From a virus: a DNA stretch of 64,000 bases. Within the stretch, counting starts at the first letter, position 1; each line of letters starts with the position of its first letter. The position numbers and the translations under genes were made by a program. Positions 60,609-64,000 of the stretch are shown in pieces. The notes under the pieces were generated by a model. That model searched no databases. It was not told the DNA's origin and was given only the letters and a program-made list of their open reading frames with translations. The stretch spans positions 32,001-96,000 of the IMG/VR virus record IMGVR_UViG_3300020419_001178. One strand, written 5' to 3'.

Positions 60609-61009
60609 TATTAGACAAGATTAAAAATCGTGGTGAAGAAATGGCTCCATTAGAAGGGCATGATAGATTACAGTATCTTATTGATATTGCTAGAGAAGTT
60701 CCTCCTTTAGGAGATGAAGATAAAATAGATGAAAATAAAATCAGAGGTTGTGCTAGTAATCTTTGGGTGCTAGGTAAAGTTAATAAAGATGGAACAATGT
60801 CATACAAACATGACGCAGATTCGTGGATAACAAAAGGAACTGCTAAAGTTTTAGTTGATTTGCTAGACGGTGAACATCGTAACGAAATAGCACAATTGAC
60901 TTTACAAAGTTTTGAAGGGTTAGGAATTAGAAATCTTTTAACAATGCAGAGACAAGTTGGTTTTGGCAGTTTAGTAGAACGTATGATAGGAATAGCAAAG
61001 AATGAATGA
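60605..61009 (+). CDS. sufE: SufE-family Fe-S sulfur acceptor
   Basis: DRLQYLID, KIRGCASNLW (catalytic Cys), DADSWITKG, LTMQRQVG. Confidence 0.88.
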   Translation: MILDKIKNRGEEMAPLEGHDRLQYLIDIAREVPPLGDEDKIDENKIRGCASNLWVLGKVNKDGTMSYKHDADSWITKGTAKVLVDLLDGEHRNEIAQLTLQSFEGLGIRNLLTMQRQVGFGSLVERMIGIAKNE

Positions 61010-61202
61010 TGACATACATGACAAGCTAACCAAGGCCTATATGGCGTATTTTAAGGCTAATGAGGCATTTGAAGCAAGAAATTCAGTACGTACCCATAGA
61101 GAAACTAGAAAGTGGCTCCGTGAGATTCGATCTTTAGCAAAACAACGTATGGATGAAGTACATTATAAGCATAATTCCAAGAACGAGACACCAGAAGAAT
61201 AG
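61002..61202 (+). CDS. small hypothetical protein
   Basis: 66-aa helical ORF overlapping the sufE stop. Confidence 0.7.
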   Translation: MNDDIHDKLTKAYMAYFKANEAFEARNSVRTHRETRKWLREIRSLAKQRMDEVHYKHNSKNETPEE

Positions 61203-61220
61203 GCCAGGGTAAGTATCCAT

Positions 61221-61652
61221 ATGCTGTGGACTTATCAAGGTAAAGAAATTACAAAACTGCCAGAAGATATAGAAGGATTTGTATATCTAATTACAAATAA
61301 GACTAACAACAAAAAATATATAGGCAAAAAACTAGCCAAATTTAAGAAAACACGCCCACCACTCAAAGGCAAGAAGAACAAAAGACGAAGCAAAGTTGAA
61401 AGCGATTGGAAAGATTACTGGGGTTCCTCAGATCATCTTATCGCAGACGTACAACAACTAGGTGAAGAAAATTTTACTAGAGAAATATTATATCTATGTC
61501 AAACAAGAGGCTTAATGAGCTATTTAGAGGCTAAGGAACAATTTGACCGCAAAGTTCTGGAAACAGACGAATACTATAATGGTATTATCAATGTGCGGGT
61601 AGGTGGTTCAAAAATTCTTAAAGAACATTTATCAAAACTTAAGGCAATATAA
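61221..61652 (+). CDS. GIY-YIG endonuclease, catalytic domain only
   Basis: GFVYLITN...KKYIGKK, YWGSS, REIL, LE, YYNG; TAAGTA 5 nt upstream of the ATG. Confidence 0.88.
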   Translation: MLWTYQGKEITKLPEDIEGFVYLITNKTNNKKYIGKKLAKFKKTRPPLKGKKNKRRSKVESDWKDYWGSSDHLIADVQQLGEENFTREILYLCQTRGLMSYLEAKEQFDRKVLETDEYYNGIINVRVGGSKILKEHLSKLKAI

Positions 61653-62056
61653 GGACGCTGTTTGATCGGGAAAGCTCGATCCGCTTTGAGGACATGGACA
61701 CCCATGTTCAGAATCTAGCGAGTCCACTAAACTGTTGCTCCAGAAAACTCCACGCAAAGGAACGAAGCGGGAGATAGCGGAGAATCCGCGAAGCGGTTGC
61801 GTTAGCAAAACCGGTTACGCAGATTTTACGTGATGTCGACGTAGGTTGGGAAAGGTCAGAGCCCATGGAGCAAGTCAAATACCTACTTCCGATCTCGGCT
61901 GTGCGAACTCACATGAAGCTTGGGATGATGGGACCTCGTGTAAGGTTCCGTCTGACTGAAACAATCTACATGAAACGTAAGTGCTTCGCACTTAATTCAA
62001 GTAAAATAACAGGTGTTTGAGCGAAAGCGATAACACGAATGATCGTTAGATCATTC
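61653..62056 (+). ncRNA. putative structured non-coding RNA of unknown family
   Basis: No ORF, visibly GC-richer than its flanks; at least eight stems whose G-U pairs all favour the + strand; two long-range pairings. Confidence 0.7.
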
Positions 62057-62106
62057 CAATCCAATGAGTACAATCATCACAGGGATCGTCACAAATGCCA
62101 AGACTG

Positions 62107-62292
62107 TTAATGAAGGTCAGGATCACGGCCAAATCCAGGTTTCACGCTACTAACTTCTACGGGAATGACTTTGAATTCAAAATGTGGTTCTGTATCACGT
62201 TTTGTGTTTATGTAGTAGTTGACTTCTTCCTGTGAATTAAGTTCCTCAATAACGTTACCCGCAGGGTCAACTATCTGATATCTAGTAATCAT
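62107..62292 (-). CDS. small hypothetical protein
   Basis: 61-aa ORF with TAAATA at 62299-62304, 6 nt upstream of the ATG. Confidence 0.7.
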   Translation of the reverse strand: MITRYQIVDPAGNVIEELNSQEEVNYYINTKRDTEPHFEFKVIPVEVSSVKPGFGRDPDLH

Positions 62293-62327
62293 ATAGATTA
62301 TTTAATAAGTAATTATGTCTTCAAATG

Positions 62328-62335
62328 TATAAATA
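62328..62335 (+). promoter_or_regulatory. late promoter TATAAATA
   Basis: Exact consensus upstream of the AGGAG RBS. Confidence 0.75.
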
Positions 62336-62355
62336 TAATGGAATAGGAGTTATTG

Positions 62356-63054
62356 ATGAAGGTTTTAGACGTTTTAACAGAGTCCAAAAAAGTTAATGAA
62401 GGACCATTACGGTTCTTAAAGCGTACATTGGGTAAAAACACAGCTATGGGCAAGTCCGCACAGCTGGATGTAGAAATTGACAAAGAAGTAAAAAACATAT
62501 ACAAGGACTATGTCGCAGTAAGTAAACAAGATCCTAAGAAACAAGGAATGACTGTTGACAGTTTAAGTAGGTTTTTAGCGGCCAAAGGTTTTGTAAATAG
62601 TCCTAAAGAAGTAGTTGCCTTTATCAAACAAGACACAAGCCTAGCTAAAAAATTAGGCAGAGGTGCTGTAGCAGGCGGTAAAAAAACTATTGATGCTACC
62701 AAGAAAGGCGCAACTGCAGTAATAGATGCTGGTAAGAAAATCAAGCAGAAGATGGCTAGCAAGTCTACAGGGCTAACACCTGATCAACCTAATCTTCCAG
62801 GCATTGAATCCATGAGTGAATCAGTGTTGTTGGAACAGTCCATGTCAGGCTCGGAAGTAAAGAAAGTTATCAAACGTTTCGTACAGCAAGGCTTTCAAAA
62901 GCAACTGGGCGGAAGAGTACGTAAGAGTGCCTACGCAACTGACACGGGTGATAACATGATGCCAACTGATGACATCCAAACTGCTCTTGATACTTTGAGA
63001 AACGCTGGCTTTACAATAGACGACGAAAAGAAAAAGATCAAAGCCCCAGCTTAG
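62356..63054 (+). CDS. hypothetical basic late protein (possible internal head protein)
   Basis: Lys-rich; LTE/VNE/LLE motifs resemble prohead-protease cleavage sites; late promoter. Confidence 0.65.
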   Translation: MKVLDVLTESKKVNEGPLRFLKRTLGKNTAMGKSAQLDVEIDKEVKNIYKDYVAVSKQDPKKQGMTVDSLSRFLAAKGFVNSPKEVVAFIKQDTSLAKKLGRGAVAGGKKTIDATKKGATAVIDAGKKIKQKMASKSTGLTPDQPNLPGIESMSESVLLEQSMSGSEVKKVIKRFVQQGFQKQLGGRVRKSAYATDTGDNMMPTDDIQTALDTLRNAGFTIDDEKKKIKAPA

Positions 63055-63281
63055 AAAAAAGGCTGTCCGGATTTTTTAGCAGTTTCTATATTTTCTTTAA
63101 TTAAATCATTTAACAGTTCTATGTCTTCTTTTGATAAGTCATAACTGTCTTCTACAGACAAGGATCCTCTCATCCACCAACACAGTCTATATAGACTGGC
63201 TTTAATTTGCTTTACCTCGCCTTCGAGGACCTTAACCTCGTTTTGGATTTTATCGAGTGACCATGTTAAGATCCGGAGCCG
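63051..63281 (-). CDS. gp51-like extension reached by a -1 frameshift from the gp26-like gene
   Basis: Open frame RLRILTWSLDKIQNEV...WWMRGSLS...KSGQPFF* with no start codon until its middle. Confidence 0.7.
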   Translation of the reverse strand, partial: RLRILTWSLDKIQNEVKVLEGEVKQIKASLYRLCWWMRGSLSVEDSYDLSKEDIELLNDLIKENIETAKKSGQPFF

Positions 63282-63287
63282 AAAAAA
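63227..63287 (-). other. -1 programmed ribosomal frameshift signal
   Basis: Slippery T TTT TTC (63287-63281), 6-nt spacer, 10-bp stem GGAUCUUAAC/GUUAAGGUCC. Confidence 0.75.
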
Positions 63288-64000
63288 TTGCTCTGATCAA
63301 ATGTAATCGGAACTTCGAAAGTTTCTGGAGCACCTGCTTTTATTTCATCTTCATCTGCCTGTATTGTTACAGGTTTAATATCAAAATTTGTTTTTTGTGC
63401 TTTGATACGATCAGATATTTGATTGAAAACAACTGCTTCACAGTTTTCCAAGAAGTCTTTCAAGTATGCTGGATTTGTTACAGCTTCGGTTTCACCATCG
63501 GGTTGTATAGATACAACGCTGTCAATTAAAACATTGATATTGATCTCAGTCAATTTTGTAAATGCTTTTTGGAATCTTGCTAACTTTACTCCTTGATCTA
63601 TATCATCGTTGTCTATTATCGAAAACACTCTCTGTTCTTCAAATGCTTTTACAGCTTGTTCAGTCTGTGTCTTGTAACTGATAGGTTTAATACCTACTGT
63701 GAAACCATCTATCTTATGTGAAGTTTCAAAATGTGCTGATTGAAGATGATCGTATATAGTTTGTAAACTATAAGCAAAATCTCTTACAATCTTTGTATTC
63801 GGAACAGTTGCTGAAATTTCAATAGTCTCGCCATATGTTGCCATTCTGATAGCAACTAGTAAAGTATCAAGATCAATTGAAGGACATTGCCAAGCATTTT
63901 TTATGTTTGGGACACAACTTTGTATTACATCAACTGTAGCTTGTCCATTCAATAACGCATCAGGTGTCTTGAACGTAATTTCATCCCTGGCTGTCATCGC
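63266..64000 (-). CDS. gp26: baseplate hub assembly protein, gp26-like (5'-truncated by window edge)
   Basis: MTARDEI..KTPDALLNG...DLDTLLVAIRMATYGE. Confidence 0.75.
   Translation of the reverse strand, partial: AMTARDEITFKTPDALLNGQATVDVIQSCVPNIKNAWQCPSIDLDTLLVAIRMATYGETIEISATVPNTKIVRDFAYSLQTIYDHLQSAHFETSHKIDGFTVGIKPISYKTQTEQAVKAFEEQRVFSIIDNDDIDQGVKLARFQKAFTKLTEININVLIDSVVSIQPDGETEAVTNPAYLKDFLENCEAVVFNQISDRIKAQKTNFDIKPVTIQADEDEIKAGAPETFEVPITFDQSNFFGSGS

Noticed and set aside
61848-61960. RNase P RNA (GGGAAAGGUCAGA resembles GGAAAGUC of P4)
   Set aside because: Only a short resemblance; no P1 closure or other conserved regions were recognised. A covariance search is needed to exclude it fully
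61653-62056. Group I or group II intron hosting the GIY-YIG ORF
   Set aside because: No interrupted host gene flanks it, and I could not find group I P7 or group II domain V consensus sequences
61653-62106. tRNA, tmRNA or CRISPR array
   Set aside because: No cloverleaf or T-loop GTTCGA, no tmRNA-type ends and no regularly spaced direct repeats
160-63529. Numerous 60-140 aa antisense and nested ORFs in the track
   Set aside because: They lie opposite or inside well-supported genes, lack motifs and reflect codon bias of the real strand

Overview
AT-rich segment of a large T4-like (myovirus) bacteriophage genome. No tRNA, rRNA or CRISPR array was seen. From left to right it contains five blocks. 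(1) A tail-fibre-like gene. (2) A ~22 kb island (1.5-23.7 kb) of small-molecule, glycan and protein tailoring enzymes: four radical SAM proteins, six HxD...H Fe(II) oxygenase-like proteins, GMP reductase, a truncated adenylating enzyme, two PLP aminotransferases, a carbamoyltransferase, a nitroreductase, methyltransferases, a GNAT, an SGNH protein and several glycosyltransferases. The island sits behind T4-type late promoter motifs. (3) A minus-strand tail/baseplate module (23.7-56.9 kb) with a 4986-aa protein, gp6-, gp25-, PAAR- and gp53-like genes and a gp5-like spike carrying a C-terminal GH19 domain. (4) A sigma70-driven block: gp55 late sigma factor, gp47/gp46 nuclease and SufE. (5) A catalytic-domain-only GIY-YIG nuclease followed directly by a ~400-nt highly structured non-coding region, then a gp26-like gene with a clear -1 ribosomal frameshift signal. 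The top candidates for new biology are the GIY-YIG plus structured RNA pair, the late-expressed tailoring island and the frameshift. All protein assignments come from motif recognition by eye; no database searches were run.
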